From assembly GCA_051362555.1 (NCBI GenBank), contig CM120649.1, forward strand, positions 2,418,001 to 2,482,000: a stretch of 64,000 nucleotides of DNA, written 5' to 3'. Shown here in pieces: positions 25,300-39,276 of the stretch. Below the pieces are notes generated by a model. That model was not told the DNA's origin. It worked only from the letters and a program-made list of their open reading frames with translations, and searched no databases. Position numbers and translations under genes: made by a program. Numbering within the stretch: position 1 is the stretch's first letter; each line of letters begins with the position of its first letter. Source of the DNA: Lingula anatina (Eukaryota; Animalia; Brachiopoda).

Positions 25300-28200
25300 C
25301 AGGTGGACAGCCCAACTTCCCCGCCTGATCCCGGCGAGTACAGGTTACAAACTACCCATCCACTTCCATTATTACGTTTAATTTTCTTAAATACTTTCCA
25401 TGCTTCAACAAACGCAACACTTCTGGTTTAAACACTTCTACTCAAGGCTTAAAAATAATTTTAAAAAATCAGGGTACATTGATGGTGTAGCCTTCCATGA
25501 CATGACGTGACATAACATGACCTATTAGGTGCTGCCGCCAGTCGGCTGAAATAAACACTAAAATGCAGCAGGGGGAGGCCATGTAAACCTAGCCCCAGGC
25601 AGTAAAATTTCAACTTGATATAAAAAATAATTAACACAGCAAATTAAAGGTAAATGAACAAATTAATTTCTAAATTTAGAAATGTATTTAGAAAAAGTTC
25701 AAATGATCCAAAATTGAAAAATAAACTCGTTTTTCTCTTATGTGCAAGTGTCTTGCTTCAAAGTTACCAAACAAGGAAGGCCGAAAGTGACGCATCACCT
25801 ACGACTCATACCACAGCCACTGAGCACACAAACAAAACATAATTTGTGCCTCGATATGAAACCAGACAACTTTGGTGTTTTTAGCCTCCAAGTTCTACAA
25901 TATATCAATTTGTCTTAAAAATAAGCCGATGTAGGATTTTATGTTTAATGATGTGTGATTATATTTATTATCATTAAAGATCCCAATAACAACCAATAAG
26001 TATTTTGGTTTAGCGCTTTTTAGATTTTTAATAAAACATTTAATTTTTACGAGGCTATAAATCATCTCCTGTGATTAGTGACTTTGCCTCGCTTTAGAGG
26101 AAATACATTTGTTGATCATTTCGCGGCATCGAAAGTTTAATGCGTTACGTCGTTCGCCGACCTTATGTGTTTTCTGACATGAATTGCCTAAAATTAACCT
26201 TCCTACATTATTAAATGCAATCAGAAATATCATTCACACTAGCGATCAAGCACTATGTCTTTATCAAGAGTTCGGGAGGGGTGGAAAATTCCCTTGGGTA
26301 CACATATAACACTATTAATACAAAAGTCAAATACCAACAGAATATTTCCAATATAATTTCTCAAAACGACACCAGGAAGCAAATTAGATTAAATCAGGCA
26401 ACGGTTAACGCCGGCTGGCTTTGTCAATTTCACCCACTTTTTATGTACATACACAGATGTGTCTGTACATATAGCCATCTTCTGCGTCTGTCATCGCCGT
26501 CGTTGCCGTCGTCGCCGTGCACTTTTACCGATAACACGATAAGTGGAAAACCATTTTACCTTTTGACTTGAAACTTGCAGAACTGATGAATATTCATAAT
26601 ACGCAGGTCAAGTTCGAAAATCAGCATGATCGGGTCACTTTTAGGGAATTTATGCTGTTTTTTCACTTTATTCAGCATATATGCAGCACCGATAACACGA
26701 TAAGTGGAAAACCATTTAACCTTTTGACTTGAAACTTACAGAACTGATGAATATTCATAATACGCAGGTCAAGTTCGAAAATCAGCATGATCGGGTCACT
26801 TTTAGGGAATTTATGCTGTTTTTTCACTTTTTTCAGCATATATGCAGCACCGATAACACAATATAAGAAAATCGGATTGGCCAATTGTAATTATACTCAC
26901 AGGAGTGGTCAATCTTACTAAAACGCAGGTTGAGTTCGAAAATCAGCATAATCGGGCCATTATTTTAGAATTAAGTTATACTGTTTTTCACATTTCCTCA
27001 GATTCAATTATTAGGCATGTTAACAGTCTCATTATTTAACTAATAAGATGCCTAAAAGTGTTTGTTTGATATTTCCTGCATCTTTACAACATTGTTAGTT
27101 GATTATGTAAAAAACATGGTAAACTTGTTATCATGTATTGTGTAATAAAGTGTCAAAAATGGAAATAAACTCATATCATTGCAGTTTGTCAGATTCAATC
27201 ATCCACTATGTTCAGTATCTCAGAATGGGGGAAATTGGACATTTAACACTGTTCTATTGATACTTTTCCCATCTCATCAATTTTCTTAGTTGGTCATATA
27301 AAATGGCAGTAAAATGTTTATTTTGTTTTATGTTAAAAAAAGTGTTAAAAATGGAAATAAACCCATTTCAGAACAGTGCTGTCTTGTTTACATTTTGGCA
27401 TTTTCAAGGCGTGACTTTAAAGTTCCATGGGCCTGAAGACCTTTGCTAGTCACATTTTCTGAATATCTGTGAAACAAATATTTTATAATTAAAAATTGAT
27501 GGTCATTAAGCTGTTAAACATTATGTAATATTGCATCAAAATTTGAAGAAACCCCTATTTGGGCACTGCTTCCATGATGACCATTTAAGGAAAATCATGT
27601 CATTACTGTTCTCAAACTTACAGGAAAGAAACATGGGACTAAAATACAACTTCAGTAGGCAATGCAGTCTGTTTGGTATTTTTATTTATTAATTTTTTTT
27701 GGCAGTTAAACAGTTTTTTGTGAAAATTGAATTTTTCACATAATGGCATTTTCAAGGTGTGACTTTAAAGTTCCATGATCTTGAAGACTTTTGCTTGTCA
27801 CATTTGCTGAATGTCCATGTTACTAATATTTTATTAATAACATTTGATTGTCATTATGCTGTTAAACATTATGTTATGTTGCATCAAAATTTGAAGAAAC
27901 CCCTATTTTGGGCACTGCTCCTATGATGACCATTTAAGGGAAATCATGTCACTTACTGTTCTCAAACTTACAGGAAAGAAACATGGGTCTAACATACAGC
28001 TTCAATAGGCAACGCAGTCTGTTTGGTAAATTTTTCTGGCAATTTAACAGTTTTTTGTGAAAATTACATTTTTCACTTATTTGCATCTTTATTTTCTGTT
28101 CTTTGTCTGTACATTTGACAGCTTTGCTGCCTTGTTTTTATTGCAAACAAAACACTTTCGCGCATGCGCAGTCGTTTGAATCCTGTGCTTAGCTACCGTG

Positions 28201-28799
28201 CAGACGTGTATGGTATCAGAGACGAACAAAAACAGAATAGAGACACAATACACAGTGATCTACAATCTCACTCCGTAAGTAGTGAATACTTTAATAGCGT
28301 ATAAATATCTACAGTTGATACCATACGGAGTTTTAAGTATAAAATGGGCATTCAATGAATAACGCAATCGTGAAAAGACATCTTGGTGCGTAACAAATAT
28401 AATCGAGTCGACCTACTTTATGCACTGTACTGTACATTGAAAGTGTGTCGCAGAGCTTCGACGGAATCATATGAAACTCAAGGACACTGGGTCATTTTAG
28501 ATTTCTATTAATGTGTTTACAGTAGAGTTTGTTAAGCAGTATAGTAGGGGCCTTACGATATGGGCATGTCATAGGGGATTTCATATACGCCCTCAGCAAG
28601 TAGAATTGAGACAAGGAATTGGTTTAGGGTTAGTGTATCAAAAAGGGTCAATATTTCAGATTGTTGATTAGTGAGTCATCCACTGGGACTATTTAGGGGT
28701 TTTATACTAATGTATTTTCAGTGCAGCCTAGATAAATAACAGGTCGATGCATGGTCTGCCTCCCTCTATCTCAGCTCACGCCCGTCTCTCGTTTCCTCC

Positions 28800-28835
<36 letters not shown>

Positions 28836-29570
28836 AAACACGGAAGCTTTGCCGTATCCATACTGTAGCAAATGTCATAACAAAATTTCCGGTGGATGGG
28901 TGAACATTTATTTAGACTCGTCTAGAAACAATTAATATGGTGACGGAGATCTGAAATATGATTGAAACAAATGAAAGTAAAAGAATAAACAAAATATAAA
29001 TTTAAACTTAATAAAACTATCACAATGAAAAAATTACAATACAATACATACAGTAAATAACTAGAAATACGTACATAACAATGCTGCCTCCACTCTTTCG
29101 CATACAGTACTAGGCGTGTTCCAACCATGACAATACATGGTGACGTTTTATTGGTGACGTTTTGTTACCAACAGAACACCAATGATCCAACATATGAGGG
29201 CGCAACTCACACCAAGGCGTGACAACACAAAGTAAACAAGATAAACAACAAAAACAAACAAAGCAAACAAACAGACAAAAATACAAATGAAAAATAAATA
29301 AAAATAAAAAGCCGACGACACATACCACATGGGGCTTACAAACATCTACTTGTTTTATCGTGGTGATATTGGACTGCACAGCACCAGGATGAATCACGGA
29401 TAATGTGACTTCCTCTACGTGCCCCTGTCTTCCTCGTAACCACAATGTTAAAATACAACTTGTCATATAAACATTGGTCGACACCAGTGACCACCGCGTT
29501 AGGACCCAAAATCACGAGCATAAGATTTAATCGAAGGCGTTTATCTCTCAAGCCAGTCAGATAAGATAAC
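25300..29570 (+). repeat. Segmental duplication, copy 1 (copy 2 at ~31560-33045 plus 38232-38990)
   Basis: Colinear similarity from 'aggtgga.agcccaacttccccgcctgatccc' through 'agtcagataagata'. Each copy carries a different TE insertion. Confidence 0.85.
26441..28136 (+). mobile_element. Helentron-associated non-autonomous element (HINE type)
   Basis: Same termini as 18498-20630, with two 161-bp units. The empty site is visible in the duplicate at 32661-32680 (ccactttttttattgcaaac), showing insertion into a T-run. Confidence 0.8.
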
Positions 29571-29571
29571 A

Positions 29572-29818
29572 GGCCTACCCAACTACCAGACGCGGCACCT
29601 ACGGATCCAGAATAAACCGGTATTTCAGACCACACTACCCGTTTTCAAGGTGTGTGTCAGATCATATTACGGAGTATCATACCCCATCAGAAAATTTTGT
29701 AAGCCTTCAGTTGTACCTGTCATCCGGGTAGCACTTAGGATCATCGCTATCACATCGCGCGCCAGACAAAATGGGTGAAGTGGCTGATACTCCGTAATGC
29801 GATCTGACACACACCTTG
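29572..29818. mobile_element. Long-TIR MITE, right end truncated (same family as 54163-54473)
   Basis: Starts ggcctacccaactaccagac. The internal arms ggtgtgtgtcagatc..ttacggagtatca and tgatactccgtaa..gatctgacacacacc are inverted. Confidence 0.7.
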
Positions 29819-29829
29819 TTGTTCTATAA

Positions 29830-31085
29830 AATTTTAGTGCAGTTTGTGTTATTTATCTTTTTTAATTTTTTAGTTTTCCTCTCCATTCCCAGCTTTTCAT
29901 TAGAAATACCATTCAGAATCGAATGCATTTCACTTTTAAATCTGCAATAAGCACTGGAATGATTTTGAATATTAATAGCACATTCTGAGACCACCACGTC
30001 GTCAGAATTATCATTAAAAAGTAGATTTATTCCACCTTGTACTTGTCACTGAAAGGCAACAGGTAAACCATTGCGCGTTTGTCTTTGAAATATCCCAACT
30101 TGAGGGAGTGGCCCGGTCGGACTGGCAGAATGGTCAGTGGCAACGTTTGATTGAAATCTGTTCAAGCAATTTGACCTTCCACGACAAGTGCTAAGCTAAA
30201 TAATGACAATGTTTTAACAAATTTTCCTTTCGTAAGCAATTGACGGGAGTTGGCCCCCGAGTTCATTCTTCAGTATATTTAGAGAGTGTGATATTGGAAC
30301 GCTTTATTCGGTTGAAGGGGTGTTTTACGGTGAAATGATTTTTTTCTCTCGGTATATGCATGTCAAACACTACACTGCCGCCCTCTCAAGACATATGACA
30401 TGAATACCTTTTCACTGAGGCTCCAGATGTTCTGGGATACATCACTCGAGTGAAAGGATATTGTCTTATATCTATCCCACACACAGACCGTGGCACCCAT
30501 GGCCGTCACACCAATCAGCGAGCTGAGAAATCTACAGGACCACACCCTCTCGCTCTCTCCTTGTCAGTGAGGTACGTGACATAATATTAAAATAGTATAT
30601 AGGTTATTAATCAAAAATAACATTACAGGTGATACAGTACTGTGTTTGGTTAGCTACGATTTTATATCATAAATAACGCAATAATTGAATAGACCGACTG
30701 TCGTGAGTAACATATACATGTAAGATCGGGACGAATTACTACTACTACCAGTTCTTTCATATTGTATTGAAATTGTGATGTGGAGCGTCAGTGAAGTCAT
30801 GAAAATAATCTCTCCATCCCCCCCCCCCCCATCATTCCTTCTTACTGCGTTTCTTTTCCTACCCCTTTCTCTCTCTGTATTAAGTTTATTAACAATTTAC
30901 TCAAAAGGGCTCCGACGAGACTCAATATTCGACCAATGTATGCGAGATACAGATAAAAGCTATGGCCCCGTGTCTTTCCAGGTTGCTGTACTACGCCATG
31001 AAGACTGCCTCCGTTAGCTACGTTTTGGCCATTGCCATTATGGCTGCCTGTGTGGAGTTTATTGGTATGTTCTTAGCCATTACAG
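29830..31085 (+). repeat. Duplicate of the TRIM1 downstream block ~16290-17530
   Basis: Colinear similarity, for example 'gcacattctgagaccaccacgt' at 16434, 29979 and 60475, and 'gatgttctgggatacatcactcg' at 16869 and 30426. Confidence 0.85.
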
Positions 31086-31136
31086 GACCCACTATCCACG
31101 CATGCAGGGTCGTCGGTCTGTTCAGTTTCTTTGCAG
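30982..31136 (+). pseudogene. Orphan exon resembling TM2-TM3 of a claudin/PMP22/EMP-like tetraspan protein
   Basis: Acceptor tctttccag| and donor gcag|gtatt flank LLYYAMKTASVSYVLAIAIMAACVEFIGMFLAITGPTIHACRVVGLFSFFAG, two hydrophobic helices ending in G.F.F.AG. The family call is from pattern only. Confidence 0.4.
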
Positions 31137-33045
31137 GTATTGTGTGTAGGGGGTTTGACGCTAGATGGCGCTCATATACTAGTACGAACAATCAAGGCCA
31201 ACTCACATGATCCACAGTGATCAAAATGGCGGACGTGAATCGAATACTACTGTTGTCACTCGAATACTACTGTTGTTAGCCATTATTGTAATTCGCTATA
31301 CTAGCCTACAGTACTATAGTACAACACCTGTCAACTCTTCTCAATCTGTCAATCGCAAGCACTTTCAGTGTCAGAATTTCGCGGTACTGACTGTGACGTC
31401 GGCGCAAGGGTAGCCAAGACCATTGGCATGAGCGCCCATTATCGTCAAATCGAATTTTGGCTTCTAGTTACGTTTTCACGACTAGTCGTATTTTGCCGTC
31501 TGATCTGATAACTACGACGTCTAATCGTGTTTTCAATTTTTGGAGAAACCTCCACCCATGAGGTGGAGAGCCCAACTTCCCCGCCTGATCCCTGTGAGTA
31601 TAGGTTGCAAACCACTATTAAAAATCCCATTCACTTCCATTGTAATGTTTAATTCTCTTAAAATACTTTCCATGCTTCAACAATCGCAACACTTCTGGTT
31701 TGAACACTTCTACTCAAGTCCTAAAAACATTTTAAAAATCAGGGTACATTAATGGTGTAGCCTTCCAGTGACCTGACATGACTTTTAAGGTGCTACCGCC
31801 AGTCGGCTGAAATAAGCACTAAAATGCAGCAGAGGGGATTGTAAACCTGGCCCCAGGCAATAAAATTTCATCTTGATTTAAAAAATAACAAACCAAATTA
31901 AAGGTTAATTTCTAAATTTAATTTTAAATATTTCAAATGATCCAAAATTGAAAAATAAACTCATTGTCATCATATATGCAAATGTCTTGCTTCAAAGTTA
32001 CCAAACAGGGAAGGCCAGAAGTGACGTATCGTCTACGATTCATACCACAGCCACTGAGCACACGAACAAAACATCGTGCCTCGATGTGAAACTAGACAAA
32101 TTTGGTGTTTTTAGCCTCCAAGTTCTACATAATATCAATTTGTCTAATAAATAAGACGATGTAGGGTTTTATGTTTAATGATGTGTGATTATATTTATTA
32201 CCATTAAAGATCCCAATTACAACCAAGAAGTATTTTGGTTTAGCGCTTTTTAGATTTTTAATAAAACATTTAATTTTTACGAGGCTATATATCATCTCCT
32301 GTAGATTAGTGACTTTGCCTCGCTAACGAGAAATTAAATTTGTTGATCATTTCGTGGCATCGAAAGTTAAATGCGTTACGTCGATCCTTGTTGGGTTTTC
32401 TGACATGTAGTGCCTAAAATTAACCTTCCTACATTATTTAATGCAATTAGAAATAACATTCACACTAGCGATCAAGCACTATGTCTTTATCAAGGGTGAG
32501 AGAGTGGTGGAAAATTTCCTAAGGTACACATATAACACTATTAATACAAGAGGCAAATACCAACAAAATATTTCCAATATAATTTCTCAAAACGACACCA
32601 GGAAGCAAATTAGATTAAATCATACAAACGGTTAACACCGGCTGGCTTTGTCAATTTCACCCACTTTTTTTATTGCAAACAAAACACTTTTGCGCATGCG
32701 CAGTCGTTTGAATCCTGTGCTTAGCTACCGTGCAGACGTGTACGGTACCAGAGACGAACAAAAACAAAATAGAGACACAATACACAGTGATCTACAATCT
32801 CACTCCGTAAGTAGTGAATACTTTAATAGCATATTAATATTTACAGTTGACACCATACGGTGTTTTAAGTATAATATGGGCATATAATAAATAAAGCAAT
32901 AGTGAAAAGACATCTTGTTGCGTCACAAATATGTAATCGAGTCGACCTACTTTATGCATTGTACAGTACATTGAAAGTGTGTCGCAGAGCTTCGACGGAA
33001 TCATATGAAACTCAAGGACACTGGGTCATTTTAGATTTCTATTAA

Positions 33046-36000
33046 AAGGACACAAAAGAGGATTTTCGCGCCAAAATTGATTTATCCTGATTTATCCCGA
33101 GGTTAACACTACTTTTCCGCGATTTACCAACCTTTAATCTATCATTCCCGGCACTCGCCATCGCTCTGTAACATTTTTGGAAAATACAATAAAAAGAAAA
33201 CCTCCGCTTAAGCGGAGGTTTACCAACAACCAACTCCATTTTCATAATTGAGCTCTCTAGACTTCCGGATCTCGCGAGATTCTCGTATTGCGACCTAGTT
33301 AAAACCAGTTCAAGCTGCCGGGAAAGGACAACGTGAAACAGGAGGCTCAGTTATGCTGGGAGTCCTTCGAAGAAGCGAAGACAGATAACAAAAAGAAAAA
33401 AGAAACAGCCTTTACAAAAAAACATGCGTAAAACAGTGTATCAGCAAATGTACGACAGGCAAACAATAAACACCGGCGAGGAAGAAGGCAGATGAAAACC
33501 TGCTTGGGTGGCCATGGATACGAAGAATGGCCTGGCCGCGAAGTATTTACTGTATTTGTGAGTACCATTTACAATAATCTTTGAGATAAGACACCAGTGA
33601 AAATATTTATTAAGCACAGAGATTTATGTTTATTTACGTGTGTTCGTTGTATATCTTAACGATTGTCAGGCTCGTCTGTCAAAATATGCCATGAAATTGT
33701 AACTAATATGAGTGGTATCGATGACAGAAATTGCAAGTTGTGTTGCTCATATGTCGACTCTGACAGGGTTTGGGTTAGTTTATAGAGCAAAGAAAGTTTA
33801 AATAAAAACGGACATGGTGGGAGATACTAGTCTCATTACATATACATTACAATGACCAGGGCGAATTTTTGACTTACCGAGGGCACATTTCTTGTGCCTC
33901 TAACATCTAGGCATACCACAGTAATTAAGACATATGACAAAGATGCTATTTCTTTAGGCATCTAAATCCCAAAATGAATGTGCAGAAGCTGTTATTGTAT
34001 CTAAGTTTAACCCAATGTTAAATGGCATGTCAACTATAAGTGAAAATAAATAGTAGTATTTTGATTTTATATTTTAAAGACAATTTGTCTCCTTTTTACA
34101 TTAAAAATAAATAAATCAGAAAGGGGATATTGCATGTTTATGTTTGGTACATCTCTCTAATGTATTAAATGGTCCAGAGTAATAATTTAGATCATACAAT
34201 TTTAACTTCCAACCAGTATTTCGGAGATTAGACCAATATGAAGTGATCAAGAAACTTCAAAATTAAGTTGTAGTTAATACTAGTGCAGTTGAAGATGACA
34301 GTCTAGATAATTTAAGGTGATCATATTGAGAAAAATGGCATTTATACTTATTTCAGTTGAGTTTTATACTTATTTCAGTTATGTTTTTACATAATTTTTC
34401 TCAAACTCGATTATCTTATTTTATGTACTGTTGCTTTTTTTTTTTTTTTTTGGTTGCAGTATCAAGGCAACTTTTTCCTATGGTATGCCTGAACTGGAAG
34501 AAGTGCAGATGGAAGAGGAGGAAGATGCTGAAGAAGAGGGAATTAAAGGATCCTGATGATCCAACATGGGACTAAAACATGTCTTTAGAGTAAGCAGAAT
34601 TTTAATAAGCTGATATTCACTCCTCATATATTAGGCATATAGGTGCATGATTTCTCTTTTATCAATTTTTTTTCCAAATTGGCGACACATAATGTAAACA
34701 TAATGCAAGACTCTATTTCCTCCGTCAACTGAAACGAGCTAAGCTTTACCAAAGTATTGTGCACTCAATTCTAGAATATGCCTGCCCTGTGTGGCATCCA
34801 GGACTAACTATAGAGCAATGCAAACTCTAAGAGACTGACCAAACTCGTGCTTTGAAGATTATTTTCCCTGACCTATACTATGATGAAACCCTGAACCTGG
34901 CATATGTGTACTTTAGATAAACGAAGAGATCTGTGCAAAACTTTCTTTTACAAAATAACTGAATCCTCTGACAAACTGAATCACATCTTTATTGATCAAT
35001 CCAATCGTCTTTTAAGATCAAACAATAGTAACAAAGTGCCACAATTTAAGACCAACAGATTCTGATGCTCTTTTATTCCGTATGCACTTTTAAATTTCCA
35101 ATAGTATTATGTTGTCTTTTATCCTAAGTACAATAATTTTAAAGTTCAATTAGCAGTCTTTTAACTCAGTTTTATTCAAGCAAATATTCACTTTATTTTC
35201 ATTATAATTTTCTTAACACTATGTACAACTTCAACCCACTGGGTTGCAATCTTAATAAATTATTATTATTATTATTTTGATTTGCTTTTTTAGACCTAAA
35301 GGTTATGAGCAACTGCCAGTATGATGTCCTGAAGAAGAGTTTTTTACATGGAAGAGGAACTCCATGGCTCTCCACCAAAAAAAGATGAACTTTTCTTGAG
35401 GGTCCAAAGCGGGGACGAGTTGGATAGTGAGAGACTTTTCCTGACTTTCGAGTGCTGCTTACAGGATATATTCAGTGAACTCATCTTGCCAATGTGACAA
35501 AGCATAATCTGCTGACTTCAAACCATCTAGCACTTACATGTATGCTATAATGCAGACAGATTGGAAATCAAGGTCTTTCCTCCCAAACCTAAGTCATATG
35601 CCTGATATTGAGAATAAACCATTTTGGTCCAGCATTTACTTCTTAAATCTAAATGACATCAAATGTATTATGGTATATGGTACTGGTGGCATATTGTGAT
35701 TTCAACTTGATTTTAAACCAGTGTGTTGTTAGATTTTGTAAGATCACCAGTTGCAGTTTTGTGACTTTGTTACAGCATAAAATTCTGTATTTGGCAAATG
35801 ACTGCATGTCATTTCTTTTAAGACCTACAAAAATGGTTTGAGTGAACACTTGTGCCTGTATTCAATTCTCCACTCAGCCATTATTTAGAATTCATGCAGG
35901 GAAGCTATGCCTGTATTTTTTAAAGAAATATTTATACCTTTCTATTTATTCCCTGCACATCTTGGAAAAGTATGTGTGAATATCTTACTGATGAAACAAT

Positions 36001-38231
36001 TTATGTTTGTGTAAGTTGGGTTGGTCCTTTCTTATGACACATCCCTTTGCATGGAGACAGCTCACATGAGTCAATACACTGACAGAGAGGGGGATAATTT
36101 GTTGATCTGCAATCCTCATGGGTCTGCATGTACATCAGACTCTTAACATGATAGCCTGGCTATTAATAAGTCTCTCTCAAAAATGTTATCGTACTATAAT
36201 GTGTACTGCACAATGTGAAAGTTTGTGAATGCTTGAATAGAAGGCTTATTTATGAAGATGGCATTAATGAGTATGAAAATAATTATGCATTCTAGCTTAC
36301 AGAATCTGTGTATGTCTTATTCATTACATGTGACAGGTAATAATAAAGATGATTTGGCCAAATTCCAAACTTATGTAGCAAACTTTGTTTATTCTTGTAT
36401 TTTTGCTAAATATAAATAAAAGATGTTTCAATATTTAAACTTTTATTTCATTCATAATCTCTACCCAGTTAATGCTTCATTGATACTGCAGCTTATGCTT
36501 TGTACATAACAATATGTTAATTAATAATAACAGTTGGATAGTACATGTTAATTTACTAAATGGCTAGTTCTTAGAAAAACATGTTCGACATTAAAATATA
36601 TTCTAAAAAAGTTTTCAAGTATTGCATTAGAATTGAATCTTTGGATGTATTTGACAAAATTATAAAATTATTGAAGAGTTGACAATGCACAGAAAATAAA
36701 GGCCTTGAGGCTCTCGCTGATCTCAGTCTTGTCACTTTAAATACATGTACATGGGCATTATAATATAAAACTGTTCACTCGGTTTTGGTAAAAGGTGGTG
36801 GATCATGTGGTCATCGCTGCAAATTTTTTGTAGCAGTCTTTTACACAACTTGTCACACCGACATTGAAGTGATGCAGTAAGATTGGAGTGCTTCCTGGTA
36901 TGAGTTTTCCAGACATAACTTGAGGCACTGTAATAGTAAAATTACATAAAATGGTTATAAAGAAAAAAATGTATTGATATTATCATAACAGCACTATTCT
37001 TTAACAAAAATCAACAAATTAGAGGGCATGATCACTACATGATAACCAGCTTATTATAAAGAAGCAAGTCTGATTATGGCAAAAAAAAAAAAAAAAATAA
37101 ATAAATAAATAAATTTAAATATCTGCAGCTGCATTAAATCATAAAGGCCACAAGAAGAAATAACATAATCACACATGGTTTCAAAGAACTGATGTAAAAA
37201 AATCACACTAATATTCCCCACTTGGAATTAGAATTTTGACTAGCTAATTTACTACAGTAAAGTGCTAAACCGTACCAAATGGCACTGTTCACCCTCTAAA
37301 ATACCAAAGTTTTAAGCAGGCCCAGGACCCCACGCCAACTAGGGGGTCGGCTTTGCATCCGCGGACCCCCCCCCCTTTCAAATAATCCTGGATCCGCCCA
37401 TGTTATACTGCTAAAATTATTAACATACCTGATCTCTTCACTCGTGCTTGAAGGGGTGTAGGCCTATCACCCAATTCCTCCTCTGAAAGGCTAAAAAATC
37501 ATTCCTTATAATCATATTCATTGACAATATTATTAAATTTACAAATAAGCTAACGTAGTTACGTGCCGTACAAAGAACACCCTCTAACCCCACTAGTACT
37601 CGAGTTGCATTGTATATCTCATGGGATTCCCCTGCGAGAATATGGTGTGAGGTTAGTCTGTAAGTACTGGTAGATGACCACATTGAGCAGAAAAGGGTAT
37701 TCCTCCTGCTTTACAGAACTATACACCTCAGGGGTAAAGTGCACTATCTCGCTTCATATAACTAGTAGTACGTACCCAGTGCGAGTGATTTGGCTGCGAG
37801 TGCGTTACCCGAGGAAACGTTAATTATTAGCAGTTATCTACGCTTTTTAACTTCCTCTGCCAGACATTTTGATTTCCACTGCCATCTTCCCATTTTAAAG
37901 TACTTTTGGTAAATATAACTCGCTTACCTGCAAAGATTCGGTGAGCAATTCCTCTTCTCCTTCACGTCCACGCTCACCTTCGAAACGACATGCTGTCTGC
38001 ATTGTTTACATCTCGTATCTGAGTCGAGAAGCCGCGTTATTTCAAACTGTGTCAAGATGGCTGACGCCCGGGGTTCGAAAGTGGACGGTGAATATGATTC
38101 TTTTTTTCGATATTGATTAAGGCCATTTACCTGCCATTTTATGCTTTACCCATAGCAATTGTTCTCAGATAAGTTAAAAAAGAAGCAATCCATGCACTAA
38201 AAAGGCGTTTTTAATCCTATTTTTTGTCCCT
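33046..38231. mobile_element. Kolobok-like DNA transposon (5.2 kb, no intact transposase seen)
   Basis: TTAA TSD at 33042-45 and 38232-35. Imperfect TIR aaggacacaaaagaggatt versus agggacaaaaaataggatt (reverse complement of the right end), with purine-purine termini. The empty site ctaTTAAtgtgtttac is at 28505-28520. Confidence 0.8.
34680..35277 (+). mobile_element. Decayed 3' end of a CR1/L2-group LINE nested in the Kolobok-like element
   Basis: RLYFLRQLKRA..SIVHSILEYACPVWHPGLT..RALKIIFPDL, followed by aataaa and a (TTA)n tail. Confidence 0.8.
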
Positions 38232-38499
38232 TTAATGTGTTTACACTACAGTTTGTTAAGCAGTATAGTAAGAGCCTTACGATAGACGTGCCATAGGGAA
38301 TTTCATATACGCCCTCAGCAAGTAGAACTGAGACAAGGAAGGTGGTTTAGGGTTAGTGCGCCTATATCGAATGTGTCAATATTCAAGATTTTTGATAAGT
38401 GAGTCATCCTTTGGGACAATTGAAGTTTTTTACCAATGCATTTTCAGTGCAAAAAAGCTCAATAACTGGCCTTTGCGTGCCATGTCTCCCTCTATCTCT

Positions 38500-38716
38500 A
38501 CTCACGCCTGTCTCTCGTTTCCTTCTCCCTCCCTCTCTCTCTCACTCTCTCTCTCTCTCCCTTCTCCCTCCCTCTCTCTATCTCTCTCTCTCTCTCTCAC
38601 TCACTCTCTCTCTCTCTTCCTCCCCCTCCCACTTCTCTCTCTCTCTCTCTCTCGATCCCTCCGTCTCTCTCTCTCTCTCTTCCTTCTCCCTCTCTCTCCC
38701 CCTCTCTCTCCCTCTC
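38500..38716. repeat. (CT)n-rich low-complexity tract
   Basis: Visible directly. A shorter counterpart is at 28760-28830. Confidence 0.9.
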
Positions 38717-39139
38717 ATATGAAACACGGAAGTTTTAGTGTGTCCTAAAACGTGGGGCTTAAAACATATACTTGTTTTATCACGTTGATATTGGACTGTA
38801 CAGGACCAGGATGATTCACAGATAATGTGACTTGCTGTACGTGCCTCTGTCTTCCTTGTAACCACAATGTTAAAATGCAACTTGTCATATAAACATTTGC
38901 CGACACCGCGGCGTACTTTTGATCCATAACCAGGAGAATAAGATTTAATCGATGGCGTTTATCTCTCAAGTCAGTCAGATAAGATAGAATTTATTCAGCC
39001 ATTTATAAAAATCTATTTTTCTTTGGAACAATGATTGATGCCTTTTTTGCTTTACAGATTGCGATCGTCTGCCCACAGTGGGAATCTAGGTGTAAAGGAC
39101 ACCAGAAACCGTGTCAGATGACATGGTCTGATGTTCGTG

Positions 39140-39176
39140 TATATATGACCCAGAAGCAGTGTTAACCAGTTTAGTC
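39140..39176 (+). promoter_or_regulatory. Putative TATA + Inr core promoter of TRIM gene 2
   Basis: TATATAT at 39140 and TTAGTC at 39171. Nearly identical to the sequence before paralog 3. Confidence 0.5.
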
Positions 39177-39276
39177 ACAGACAGAAAAGGCCACGGAAAA
39201 ACGCGACATCATGAAGTGACGAGACTAATTATACAGCCTTTTGGCTGTGTGTAAACCTTATATTCGGTTTAAAGTC

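Noticed and set aside
24800-25300. Possible solo LTR around the (CA)n tract
   Set aside because: No convincing TG..CA termini with a matching TSD were found.
33046-38231. Intact Kolobok transposase or accessory gene
   Set aside because: There is no long ORF or recognisable catalytic motif. Only short stop-ridden segments and a nested LINE relic are present.
38356-38880. ORFs rich in SL/ER, YI or TH/CV dipeptides (also 10728, 24811, 47980)
   Set aside because: They are translations of microsatellites.
39241-39276. 12-aa N-terminal extension of TRIM2 in the ORF track
   Set aside because: It starts at a TTG. The paralogs begin at the ATG equivalent to 39277.
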